Below, in pieces: positions 55,923 to 64,000 of a DNA stretch of 64,000 nt. Position numbers and translations under genes: made by a program. Within the stretch, counting starts at the first letter, position 1, and every line of letters begins with the position of its first letter. Source of the stretch: Gemmatimonadota bacterium (lineage in GTDB: Bacteria; Gemmatimonadota; Gemmatimonadetes; Gemmatimonadales; GWC2-71-9); NCBI GenBank assembly GCA_041499375.1, contig JBGQKD010000002.1:85823-149822 (forward strand), given 5' to 3'. The notes beneath the pieces were generated by a model. That model saw only the letters and a list, made by a program, of their open reading frames with translations, was not told the origin of the DNA and did not search any database.

Positions 55923-57206
55923 TCATGCGAGAGATGCAGCCTCGAGACGGCGGAGCGCCGCCTCTTTGCCGACGACCGACAGCAGCTCGTTCACGGGTTC
56001 CGACACCGTTCCTCCGGTCAGCGCGATGCGAATCGGCTGAAAGATCTTGCCCGCCGGCACGTTTCGTTCTTCCGCGAGATCGCGCAGCACCTTCTCGAGA
56101 CTCCCCGGCGACCAGTCTGGTGCATTCTGCAGCGCAATGACGCTCGCCGCCAGCGACGCGTGGTACGCGGTCGGGTCCTTGGCGATTTCCTTCTGTGCCT
56201 TCTCATCGCGCGTCACGAAGCGCTCGTCGAGCCGGACCGCCACCTGGCGCGCGACATCGAGCGTGGTCCGCGAGCGCGTCTTGACGGCGGTAATCACCTT
56301 CAGCACCGCGTCCTGGTTTCCATTGAGACCCAGTTTGACCAGCTCAGGTTTCACGAGCGGATACAGCTCCTCGGCCGACTGCGCCGTCAGGTACTGCCCG
56401 TTCATCCACTCGAGCTTCGTCGTGTCGAACACGGCGGGTTTCTTGAGGATGCCGTCGAGCGAAAAGAGGTTTCGCAAATCCTCTTTGCTCATGATCTCGC
56501 GATCGCCGCCCGGACTCCATCCAAGCAACGCGAGAAAGTTGCGCATCGCCTCTGGGAGAATACCTAGGTGTTGGTAGTCTCCGACAGCCGTCGCGCCGTG
56601 CCGTTTGGAGAGCTTTTTCCCGTCGGGTCCGTGAATCATCGGTACGTGACCAAAAACTGGGGTCACGGCGCCGAGGGCGCGATAAGCGGCGAGTTGCTTG
56701 GGAGTATTGGAGATATGGTCGTCGCCGCGCAGCACGTGCGTGATCTGCATGTCGATGTCGTCGACCACGACGGCGAAGTTGTAGAGCGGCGAGCGGTCCG
56801 AGCGCAAAATCACAAAATCGCGGATGTCCTCGCCTTTGAAGCTGATGCGTCCGTGCACCGCGTCGTCCCACGCCAGCTCGCCGGGAGGGACGCGCAGGCG
56901 GATGGCGTCCTCCTCCATGTAGGCTTTGCCCTCCTTGAGGAGCTGATCGGCGACCTGCTGGTGGCGGGCGAGGCGAGCCCCCTGGAAGATGGGCGCCTCG
57001 TCCCAGTCGAGGCCGAGCCATTTGAGGCCGTCGAGGATGACCTGGGTGTGTTCAGCGGTGGAACGCGCTTTGTCGGTGTCTTCGATGCGGAGCAGGAACT
57101 TGCCGCCCTCGCGGCGGGCGAAGAGCCAGTTAAAGAGGGCGGTGCGCGCGCCCCCGACGTGGAGGTAGCCGGTTGGTGAAGGAGCAAAACGGACGCGAAC
57201 GGGCAT
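55923..57206 (-). CDS. gltX: Glutamate--tRNA ligase (short form)
   Basis: RFAPSPTGYLHVGG, LRIEDTD, VVDD..M.ITHV.RGDDH.SNT, KLSKRHG, LLGWS, FD..KL.WMN, P.RIALTG. Confidence 0.95.
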   Translation of the reverse strand: MPVRVRFAPSPTGYLHVGGARTALFNWLFARREGGKFLLRIEDTDKARSTAEHTQVILDGLKWLGLDWDEAPIFQGARLARHQQVADQLLKEGKAYMEEDAIRLRVPPGELAWDDAVHGRISFKGEDIRDFVILRSDRSPLYNFAVVVDDIDMQITHVLRGDDHISNTPKQLAAYRALGAVTPVFGHVPMIHGPDGKKLSKRHGATAVGDYQHLGILPEAMRNFLALLGWSPGGDREIMSKEDLRNLFSLDGILKKPAVFDTTKLEWMNGQYLTAQSAEELYPLVKPELVKLGLNGNQDAVLKVITAVKTRSRTTLDVARQVAVRLDERFVTRDEKAQKEIAKDPTAYHASLAASVIALQNAPDWSPGSLEKVLRDLAEERNVPAGKIFQPIRIALTGGTVSEPVNELLSVVGKEAALRRLEAASLA

Positions 57207-57292
57207 TGCGAATAATACGACCATCATAGAGCCTTCGGAAATCCTTCATGATCGTCCGCGCATGGTTGCAGAATCTCTTTCTGGGAGGTCCG

Positions 57293-58666
57293 ATGATACG
57301 ACGTTTTCTGCTGCTGCTGGTGGGACTGTCGCTCCCTGCTGTGGCCAGCGCCGGCGTCCCCGATTGGATCCTCCGGTATGAAGCCTCGTTCAACCACCGG
57401 GGGATTCCGAGCTTTTCGCGGCAGACGGGGCTCGCCTGCAACGTCTGCCACACTGCCTTTCCGATGCTGACGGCGTTCGGGCGGCAGTTCAAGCTCAATG
57501 CCTATACGCTCACCGGCCTGCAGACCATCGGACCAACCGAGACGACCCCGTCGCCGCTCAAGATCAACCTCATTCCCCCGGTCTCGACGATGTTGCAGAC
57601 GTCGTTCACGCAGACGTCGAAAGCGCAGCCCGGCACTCAAAACGGCAACGTGGAGTTTCCGCAGCAGCTGAGCGTCTTCTTCGGTGAAGCGATCTCGCCA
57701 CGGATCGGCACGTTCATCCAGATCACATATGACGCGGCTGCAGGGTCAATAGGGATGGACAACATCTCGCTCCGCTACGCGAAACACGGGAAGCTCGCGT
57801 CGAAGCCCGTCCTCTGGGGCGTCACCGTGAACAACAGTCCGACGGTCCAGGACGTGTGGAACTCGACGCCGGTGTGGGGATTCCCGTTCGCATCGTCTGG
57901 CGTCGCGCCGACGCCTGCCGCCGCGCCGCTGATCGATGGGGGCCTCGCGCAGAACGTTGCGGGCTTGGGCACATACGCGCTCTGGAACGGCCATGTGTAC
58001 GGCGAGCTGTCGGTGTATCGCTCGGCCCCGCAAGGCGGAGCCCATCCGCCGGATGCTTCGTCGGAGCTCATCACGAAGGGCGTGGCGCCGTACTGGCGGT
58101 TCGCCTACCAGCGGACGTTCGGGACTCAGTACCTCGAGGTGGGCACCTACGGGCTCGCCGCACGCCTCTATCCGACCGGCGTTGCCGGTCCGACCGATCG
58201 GTTCACCGACGTGGGTGGCGACGTGCAGTACGAACGGCATGCGGGCAAAAAGGGGCTGGGGACGTTCGTCGTGCACGCGAGCTACATGCACGAGCGGCAG
58301 CAGCTCGACGCGACGTTCGGCGGCGGCGGGGCGGCCAATGCGAAGAACACCCTCAACACCTTCCGCGCCGATGCCGCGCTCCTGACCCCCTCGCGCCTCG
58401 GCGGCACGATCGGCGTCTTCGCGACGAGCGGGTCGGCCGATAACCTCCTCTACCCGGCGGGGCCGGTGACCGGCAACGCCACAGGGAAACCCAACAGCAA
58501 CGGCGTGATCGCGGAGGTGCAGTACATGCCGTGGATCAACACGCGGTTCTCGCTGCAGTATGTCGCGTATCAGAAGTTCAACGGTGGGACGAGCAATTAC
58601 GACGGCGCTGGACGCAGCGCGTCGGACAACAACACTGTATATGTGCTCGTGTGGTTGATGTTTTAG
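57293..58666 (+). CDS. Cyc2-type fused monoheme cytochrome c / outer-membrane porin
   Basis: GGAGG RBS; signal peptide; IPSFSRQTGLACNVCH..FP.LT.FGRQFKLNAY; G.T.NN.PTVQD.WN.TP.W.FP; PYWR; terminal Phe. Confidence 0.85.
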   Translation: MIRRFLLLLVGLSLPAVASAGVPDWILRYEASFNHRGIPSFSRQTGLACNVCHTAFPMLTAFGRQFKLNAYTLTGLQTIGPTETTPSPLKINLIPPVSTMLQTSFTQTSKAQPGTQNGNVEFPQQLSVFFGEAISPRIGTFIQITYDAAAGSIGMDNISLRYAKHGKLASKPVLWGVTVNNSPTVQDVWNSTPVWGFPFASSGVAPTPAAAPLIDGGLAQNVAGLGTYALWNGHVYGELSVYRSAPQGGAHPPDASSELITKGVAPYWRFAYQRTFGTQYLEVGTYGLAARLYPTGVAGPTDRFTDVGGDVQYERHAGKKGLGTFVVHASYMHERQQLDATFGGGGAANAKNTLNTFRADAALLTPSRLGGTIGVFATSGSADNLLYPAGPVTGNATGKPNSNGVIAEVQYMPWINTRFSLQYVAYQKFNGGTSNYDGAGRSASDNNTVYVLVWLMF

Positions 58667-58686
58667 GAACGGAGAGGGGGGGATCG
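58666..58686. repeat. Degenerate copy of the tRNA-Ser 3' end (att-like relic)
   Basis: GGAACGGAGAGGGGGGGATCG versus GGAACGGAGGAGGGGGGATTCG at 59275-59296. Confidence 0.55.
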
Positions 58687-58768
58687 CGGAGGTTAACCGC
58701 GTGGCGTCGGTTGTAACACCACAACGACAGAATCAGGGCCGCCGGGTGACGTGCCGTGCTGCAGCGTG

Positions 58769-58784
58769 CGGCACCGAGCTTGCA
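58769..58784 (+). promoter_or_regulatory. Putative sigma-54 promoter
   Basis: CGGCAC-CGAGC-TTGCA with GG and GC 10 nt apart; upstream inverted repeat GTTGT-N6-ACAAC at about 58710-58725. Confidence 0.65.
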
Positions 58785-58798
58785 AACGGCTGGGACGC

Positions 58799-59272
58799 AT
58801 GGCACGAACGTGCGTCATCGCTCTGCTCGTCGCCGCCGCGTGGACGGCGCTGCCCGCCCACGCCACAGCGCAGCGTCTCGTCACCTACCAGCCGGGAGTA
58901 TCGCGCGACGCCCCGAGCGCGTTGCCGCGGCTCAGGCTCGCGGCAACAGCCCCCGTCCGTGTGTCGTGGCGACCGAGCGAGGTTGCCTTGGCGGGTGCGT
59001 TTACCGCTGCGCTCCTGATCGACGCCGCGCAGACGCGCCGCCTCGCGGCCGGCGGCTGGCGCGACCACGTGGAGACGAATCCCATTCTCGGGCGGCGCCC
59101 GAGCGTCGGGCAGTTGAATACCTACACAGCGGTCGCGGGGCTTGCGGTGCTGGGTGTTGCGGCGGCGGCGCCCAAGCGTGCGCGGCCTTGGCTCCTGGGC
59201 GTGGCACTCGCCGCCGAGGCGTGCGCGCTCGTCGCGGTCTCGCGTGCCGGTGTAGCGATCAGGATTCCGTAG
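58799..59272 (+). CDS. Hypothetical secreted/membrane protein
   Basis: Signal-like N-terminus; D..QT....E.NP.LG motif and hydrophobic C-terminal helices. Confidence 0.65.
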   Translation: MARTCVIALLVAAAWTALPAHATAQRLVTYQPGVSRDAPSALPRLRLAATAPVRVSWRPSEVALAGAFTAALLIDAAQTRRLAAGGWRDHVETNPILGRRPSVGQLNTYTAVAGLAVLGVAAAAPKRARPWLLGVALAAEACALVAVSRAGVAIRIP

Positions 59273-59278
59273 CCGGAA

Positions 59279-59369
59279 CGGAGGAGGGGGGATTCGAACC
59301 CCCGATAGGGTTTTAAGGCCCTATAACGGTTTAGCAAACCGCCGCCTTCAGCCACTCGGCCACCCCTCC
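59279..59369 (-). tRNA. tRNA-Ser (anticodon GCT), CCA not encoded
   Basis: Minus strand GGAGGGG-TGGCCGAGTGGCTGAAGGC-GGCGGT-TT-GCT-AA-ACCGT, long variable arm, GGTTCGAATCC, CTCCTCC-G. Confidence 0.95.
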
Positions 59370-59397
59370 CGGGGAGTGAATTATCCCCGGGTGAGGC

Positions 59398-60981
59398 TCA
59401 GCGAGCAAGCCCGCTCAACCAGCCGGCCCTGACGCGCAGCTGCTCCGGCGTCGCGTCAGGCATCGCCACGATGGTCCACCGTGTGCTGTCCGCGCGCACC
59501 AGCTTGAGTCCCGCCCAACCGAGCGCTTCGTCGTAGTCCATGTCCTCCGTGCCGCCGACATGTTTCTCGAACCAATCGTGCATGTTCGTGCCGGCGGCGT
59601 CGCTCACAGCCCGCTCGACGTCGTCCTCCGTGTAGCCGCGACCCTGGAGATAGTACGACGCCTTGGGCGCGCTCCAGGAGCGAGCCTTGAGATTGTTGAA
59701 CGCGTCGTCGAGCGATTTGGTGTTGCCCGTGCGATTGCGAATGAACAGGTCGAGATACGCAGCGATTCCCGCGCCCTTCGTGTAATAGTCGAAGAACGTG
59801 TTCCGGAAGTTGGTCGGCTGGGCCTGCGGGGCGCCGTCCCAGAACGGCGCAGAGAATGAGGCCATGCGCGCCGAGATCACCTTGCGGCCGGGGGCGGTGA
59901 GATTGTCCTGAATGAGCTGCGCCATGTGTCCGTAGAACGCGGCCGTGTCTTCGATGCCGGCGCGGTGCAGCCCGACTTCTCCGTAGTACTGCGTCCACCC
60001 CTCGGCCACCCAGAGCGACGGCTGGTACTGCTCGCGCGTGTAGTCGAACGGGCCGAGCGCGGCAGGCCGCACGCGTTTGACGTTCCAGACGTGGAAGTAT
60101 TCGTGCGCCGCCGAGCCGATGCCGGGCAGCAGCGCCGCGGTATCGGTCCAGAATCGCCGGCTCTGAATCTGCGTCGAGTACAGATGCTCCATCCCGTCGC
60201 CGCCGGGAAAGCCGATGTTGAACAGGAACGTGTACTCCTGGAGCGGCGGCGGGCCAAAGACGGTGTTCTCGTAGCGCACGATCTTCTCGACGTCGCCCAC
60301 GAAGCGCTCGCGCGTCCCCCCCCCCGGCGGCGGCGTCCCGTTGTGGTGCACCATTACCCGATAGGTGCGGTTGTCGACCACAAACGAATCCAGCATCAGC
60401 GATCCCGCCGGCGCCACCTCGGTCGGCGTATCGATCAACAGGTCGTAATTCGGAAACGCGAAATGTCGCTGGCCCGCGGCCGCAACGGCGCCGTTCATGA
60501 TCGTCCAATTCTCGGGCGGCGTGACGTCGAGCGAGACCGGATCCTGCTTGTGGCCGCTCACGTACATGAACAACGACGCGCCGTTCCAGTTGGCGTGCGC
60601 GCTATCCAGCACCGAAAACGTGCCGGACATCGGCGCGTTGGCGAACACGCGATACGTCACGCGCACGCTGCGGCTCGCACCGGTGGGCACACGCCACAGC
60701 GATCCGTCGACCTTGGTCCAACGCAGCGGCTGGCCGTCGCTTCCGCTCACCGCGAAGTCCTGCACGTTCTTGGCGAAATCCATGCGCCCGTACCGCCCGG
60801 GCGACCAGACGGGCATCTGGAGGTCCACCGAGCGGCCCGTCAGCCCGCCGGCCGTGAGCGTGATGGTGTACAGATGCGACGCCACATCCGGCATCGCGAT
60901 CGTGTACTCAATGTGGTACGGCCGGGCGGTCGGGCGAGCCTGGAGTAGGCTCAGGACGACCACCGTCGCTGTGATCAACAC
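59398..60981 (-). CDS. M61 family (glycyl) aminopeptidase, no evident PDZ domain
   Basis: MPVWSPG.Y, GMEH..ST, HEYFHVWNVKR.RP, LWVAEG.T.YY, YY.KG. Confidence 0.9.
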   Translation of the reverse strand: MLITATVVVLSLLQARPTARPYHIEYTIAMPDVASHLYTITLTAGGLTGRSVDLQMPVWSPGRYGRMDFAKNVQDFAVSGSDGQPLRWTKVDGSLWRVPTGASRSVRVTYRVFANAPMSGTFSVLDSAHANWNGASLFMYVSGHKQDPVSLDVTPPENWTIMNGAVAAAGQRHFAFPNYDLLIDTPTEVAPAGSLMLDSFVVDNRTYRVMVHHNGTPPPGGGTRERFVGDVEKIVRYENTVFGPPPLQEYTFLFNIGFPGGDGMEHLYSTQIQSRRFWTDTAALLPGIGSAAHEYFHVWNVKRVRPAALGPFDYTREQYQPSLWVAEGWTQYYGEVGLHRAGIEDTAAFYGHMAQLIQDNLTAPGRKVISARMASFSAPFWDGAPQAQPTNFRNTFFDYYTKGAGIAAYLDLFIRNRTGNTKSLDDAFNNLKARSWSAPKASYYLQGRGYTEDDVERAVSDAAGTNMHDWFEKHVGGTEDMDYDEALGWAGLKLVRADSTRWTIVAMPDATPEQLRVRAGWLSGLAR

Positions 60982-61011
60982 GCTCGCTCTCCGTCGGAGG
61001 TATTCGCTGGT

Positions 61012-62559
61012 TCAGCGCGTCCACACCTCGATGACGCCGCCGCCGTGTCCCAACCCGTAGCGCTGCTGCGCCAGTGCCGCGCCGAGGTGGCGCAGCTCGC
61101 GGACCTCTTCCCTGCGGATGTCGCGCAGCCGGCTCAAGTCGCCGGCGGAAACACCATTCACGTAGACGCGCACATCGCCGGCGGTCTGGTCGTAGATGCT
61201 CATGATGCCCCGCGAGTGCAGCCAATTCGGCCGGAATTCCTGCACCAGCGCAAACACATCGATCGCCGTCGTGCCCTCGAACTCCTCGGCTTCGAGCACG
61301 TCGGCGTTTCTTGGTCCCATCGCCCGCTTCGGACGAATGTGCGGCCCATCGCCGCCCGGCGCTGGATCAGTTGTGGGTGGCGGGACAACCGCAGGCGCGG
61401 GGGGGGCGGGGGGCGCGGGGGGCGCGACCGCTGGGAGCTCCGCTGGTAGGGCTGGGGGCGCGGCCGGGGACGCGGCTGCGAGGAGGGCGGCCGCCGAGTC
61501 GGAGCGATAGACGATGATCCCGGCCCGCGTCTTGATCTCCACCGCGTTGCCGCCGACCTCCTTGAATCCCGCGACTTCGAGCTGCGTTCCCATCGCCATC
61601 GGGCGCTGCTTCGTTTCCGCCTCGGGCATCCGGATCACCCAATCGCGCACGATCCAGGCGCCGGAAGGAACCCGCAGGAACTCGATGCGCCCGCCGGCGC
61701 GCGGCGCCACAAACCCCTCCGGCAGACGCGTGTAACTGAAGTCGAGGTGATGCAGCATCGCGGTGGTGCGGTCGATCCAGAGCGTGCCCGTAATGTCCGG
61801 CAGCGTGCGGCCGCGGGCCGGTGAGAACGCGAGGCCGATGAGGCCCTCCGTTTCTCCCCGCCCGGACTTCGTCTCGAAACAGTGCGTGCGCAGGAATGGG
61901 TCACTGATCAATTCGTCCGCGTCGGGTCCGAGATAGGTCCAGCCTCCCGAATCGACGACGACGAACCCTTCCCGCTCGAGCTGGTCGGGAGGGACGCTCT
62001 TGATCGGGACGCGGCGGTATCCGTCGTCGCGCCAGGTGGAGTCGGGGCCGCGGGCTCGTCCTCCCGGGGTCGTCTCTCGCTCGAACCGCGCGATCGCGTA
62101 CCAGTAGCCGGGATCTCGCGATGTCCACGACACCGCCGCGAGTGCCTCGTGCACTTCCTCCCACACCGCGGCCACCGACGCACCTGCTTCCACGTCGCAT
62201 TGCCGCTCGCCTTGTACGACGACCTGCGATAACGCCACGGGGATCGGGTCGATCACGGCGTTGTAGGAGCTCGTCCCGCCGGCGGTCAGCGTGAGCGGAG
62301 GAGAGACGTATGGACGAAAACCGATGCGCTTGGAGCGAAGGCGATAGATGCCCGCACCGGGCGCGGTCAGCAGGTATTCCCCGGAGCCGTTGGTGATCGT
62401 TCGCGCCTTTTCGACGCCGTGTTCATCCACCAACGTGAGAAACGCCCCGGGCAGTGGTGCGCGAGTGACGCTGTCCGTCAATTGTCCGCGGACGGTCTGC
62501 GCGCCGAGCGCGCCGGGAACCGCCAATACTGCGACGAGGAGGAGGGCAGGGAAACGCAT
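61012..62559 (-). CDS. Carboxypeptidase-regulatory-like domain protein with C-terminal TonB-plug-like domain
   Basis: Signal peptide; VRG...DS.T..PL.GA, G.Y.L...RIGF; C-terminal RP.WL..VYVNG...L..I....V......A..RYG..H.GGVI.V.TR. Confidence 0.75.
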   Translation of the reverse strand: MRFPALLLVAVLAVPGALGAQTVRGQLTDSVTRAPLPGAFLTLVDEHGVEKARTITNGSGEYLLTAPGAGIYRLRSKRIGFRPYVSPPLTLTAGGTSSYNAVIDPIPVALSQVVVQGERQCDVEAGASVAAVWEEVHEALAAVSWTSRDPGYWYAIARFERETTPGGRARGPDSTWRDDGYRRVPIKSVPPDQLEREGFVVVDSGGWTYLGPDADELISDPFLRTHCFETKSGRGETEGLIGLAFSPARGRTLPDITGTLWIDRTTAMLHHLDFSYTRLPEGFVAPRAGGRIEFLRVPSGAWIVRDWVIRMPEAETKQRPMAMGTQLEVAGFKEVGGNAVEIKTRAGIIVYRSDSAAALLAAASPAAPPALPAELPAVAPPAPPAPPAPAVVPPPTTDPAPGGDGPHIRPKRAMGPRNADVLEAEEFEGTTAIDVFALVQEFRPNWLHSRGIMSIYDQTAGDVRVYVNGVSAGDLSRLRDIRREEVRELRHLGAALAQQRYGLGHGGGVIEVWTR

Positions 62560-63249
62560 TTATGGCCTCTCTTCCCACCACTCGAATCGTTGGGGCTCGA
62601 GCTTCGCGAGCCGGTACAGGTTCCGCGCGAACCGCGCGACGAACAGGGCCACCATGCCGGCAAGCAGAATCGCGAGCATCCAGTTCGCCAGGACGTCGAT
62701 CGGCACGGGCAGCGGGGATGGCCATCCGGTGGTGATGAACGCCGCGGTATTGAGCAGAATGAGAATCAGACGCACTTCCGTCGGACCGATGCGCCCGTAG
62801 GAAATCTTGAACACGCCGAACACCGTCGATTCGAGGTAGACGTTGATCGACATCGCGAGATACACGACGACGATGCCGAGCGCGAGGCCCAGATACACGT
62901 AGGGCGACAGCCCGATCCCGAGACCGATGACCGCGGTCGAGAACGCATCGACGACGTGATCGAGGTAATAGCCGTACTTGGGCCGCTGGGTCCCGCGTAC
63001 CCGCGCGAGCGTGCCGTCGAGGCTGTCCCCGAGCCAGTTCACGCCCAACATCAGGCTGGCGACCCAGAGCCAGGCCGGACTGGAGTTGGTCAGGGCATAG
63101 GCGGCGCCGGCGCCTACCGCGCCGAGGATGCCGATGGCGGTGAGGTGGTTGGAGCGAATCGTGCGCGGCACGCGCTGGGCGAGGGCCTGCAACACGCGCC
63201 GCTCGACGCCCGCGAGCAGGAACGTCATCTCGCGCTTTGCGTCGGCCAC
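62560..63249 (-). CDS. CDP-alcohol phosphatidyltransferase family protein
   Basis: NHLT, DSLDG.LAR......P.YG.YLDH..D signature. Confidence 0.9.
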   Translation of the reverse strand: MADAKREMTFLLAGVERRVLQALAQRVPRTIRSNHLTAIGILGAVGAGAAYALTNSSPAWLWVASLMLGVNWLGDSLDGTLARVRGTQRPKYGYYLDHVVDAFSTAVIGLGIGLSPYVYLGLALGIVVVYLAMSINVYLESTVFGVFKISYGRIGPTEVRLILILLNTAAFITTGWPSPLPVPIDVLANWMLAILLAGMVALFVARFARNLYRLAKLEPQRFEWWEERP

Positions 63250-64000
63250 CTACCAGCCCTCGGTTTTCACTACCGCGAGTACGGATTCGAACGGACTGAG
63301 TTCCATCGATTTCGCCTCGGCGGGGAGCGTGATCGTCTGCTCGGTGAGCGGCCCTTTGACGAGCACGCGCACCAGCGCTTCGCCATCCGCGAACTTGATG
63401 CGCAACGGGACGTACATGGCGAACGTGGCGGGGACGTCGGTCTGCTTGATCCGGATGTGCGCCGTGTACTTCCCGCCGTCCGCCGGCTCCACGTTCCAGG
63501 CGAAGGTGTAGGTCGGCACGGCGGTGCCGTAGATCCACTCGTCGAAGAACCAGTCCATCGGCCGCCCGACGTGCTTTTCGACGATGCGCTGGAAGTCGAG
63601 GGTCGTGGCGCGCTTGCCGCGATAGGTCTCGTAGAAGTTGCGCATCATCAGCTTGAACCGGTCCTCACTCATCGTGCGGGGATCGATCATCATGTTGCGC
63701 AGCATGTGCAGTACCCACGCGCCCTTCTGGTAGGTGATCAGCGCGTAGTTGCCGCGCCAGTTTTCCAGCGCTCGGTAGCCCAGGCCGATCGGGACCGCCT
63801 TGTCCCGCGTCCGGCGGATCTCGTCGCGCGATTCGCGGAGCACTTTGAAGTACTTGTCGTTGTCGTGCAGGATCGTCTGCATGTACCACATGCCCGAGAA
63901 CTCGGCGAAGCCCTCCGACAGCCAGGCGTCGCGATAGCTCGCCGGCTCGACGCCGATCCCCCACCACTGATGGGCCATCTCGTGCGCGCGGAAGCTCTCA
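63250..64000 (-). CDS. M1 family aminopeptidase, C-terminal part (runs off window edge)
   Basis: AHEMAHQWWG, WLSEGFA, Y.KGAWVLHMLR, FFDEW.Y. Confidence 0.9.
   Translation of the reverse strand, partial: ESFRAHEMAHQWWGIGVEPASYRDAWLSEGFAEFSGMWYMQTILHDNDKYFKVLRESRDEIRRTRDKAVPIGLGYRALENWRGNYALITYQKGAWVLHMLRNMMIDPRTMSEDRFKLMMRNFYETYRGKRATTLDFQRIVEKHVGRPMDWFFDEWIYGTAVPTYTFAWNVEPADGGKYTAHIRIKQTDVPATFAMYVPLRIKFADGEALVRVLVKGPLTEQTITLPAEAKSMELSPFESVLAVVKTEGW

Noticed and set aside
57255-57270. Sigma-54 promoter upstream of the cyc2-like gene (TCCGCGCATGGTTGCA)
   Set aside because: It has the -12 TTGCA but CC instead of the invariant GG at -24.

Overview
High-GC bacterial chromosomal window; the gene content suggests Gemmatimonadota (inference, not verified). 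1-9.9 kb is an accessory-looking block at the 3' end of tRNA-Gln(TTG): an array of secreted lipoproteins (FN3, two PD40 propellers, Ig-like/RCC1, FN3, S8 protease), a cytoplasmic Ser/Thr kinase-BRCT gene, a PD40 gene relic, a Uma2 nuclease and a heptamer array. 10-26 kb holds two class-III aminotransferases, a two-subunit CoA-transferase, DUF885, a TolB/PHP hydrolase, an M13 peptidase, ispE, a flippase-like gene, an Hpt-like protein and an osmoprotectant ABC transporter. 26-35 kb is a thiol/redox-stress cluster. 35-54 kb holds frameshifted nadA, nadC, pdxJ, mce, trxA, rsmI and a DUF4159/DUF4175-like/TPR/Tat-protein/RadC-like-DinG operon with an in-frame amber stop and octamer hairpins inside signal-peptide coding sequence. 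54-59 kb holds a CHRD lipoprotein, a lipoprotein cupredoxin, a beta-barrel-cupredoxin fusion, a shortened gltX, a Cyc2-type porin-cytochrome and a small islet at tRNA-Ser(GCT). The window ends with M61, plug-domain, CDP-alcohol transferase and partial M1 peptidase genes. Best candidates for novelty: the Cyc2 plus barrel-cupredoxin locus, short-repeat/REP hairpins used as signal-peptide sequence, and the kinase-BRCT/Uma2 pair. No CRISPR array, rRNA, integrase or transposase was seen. All family calls come from motif recognition by eye, not from database searches.
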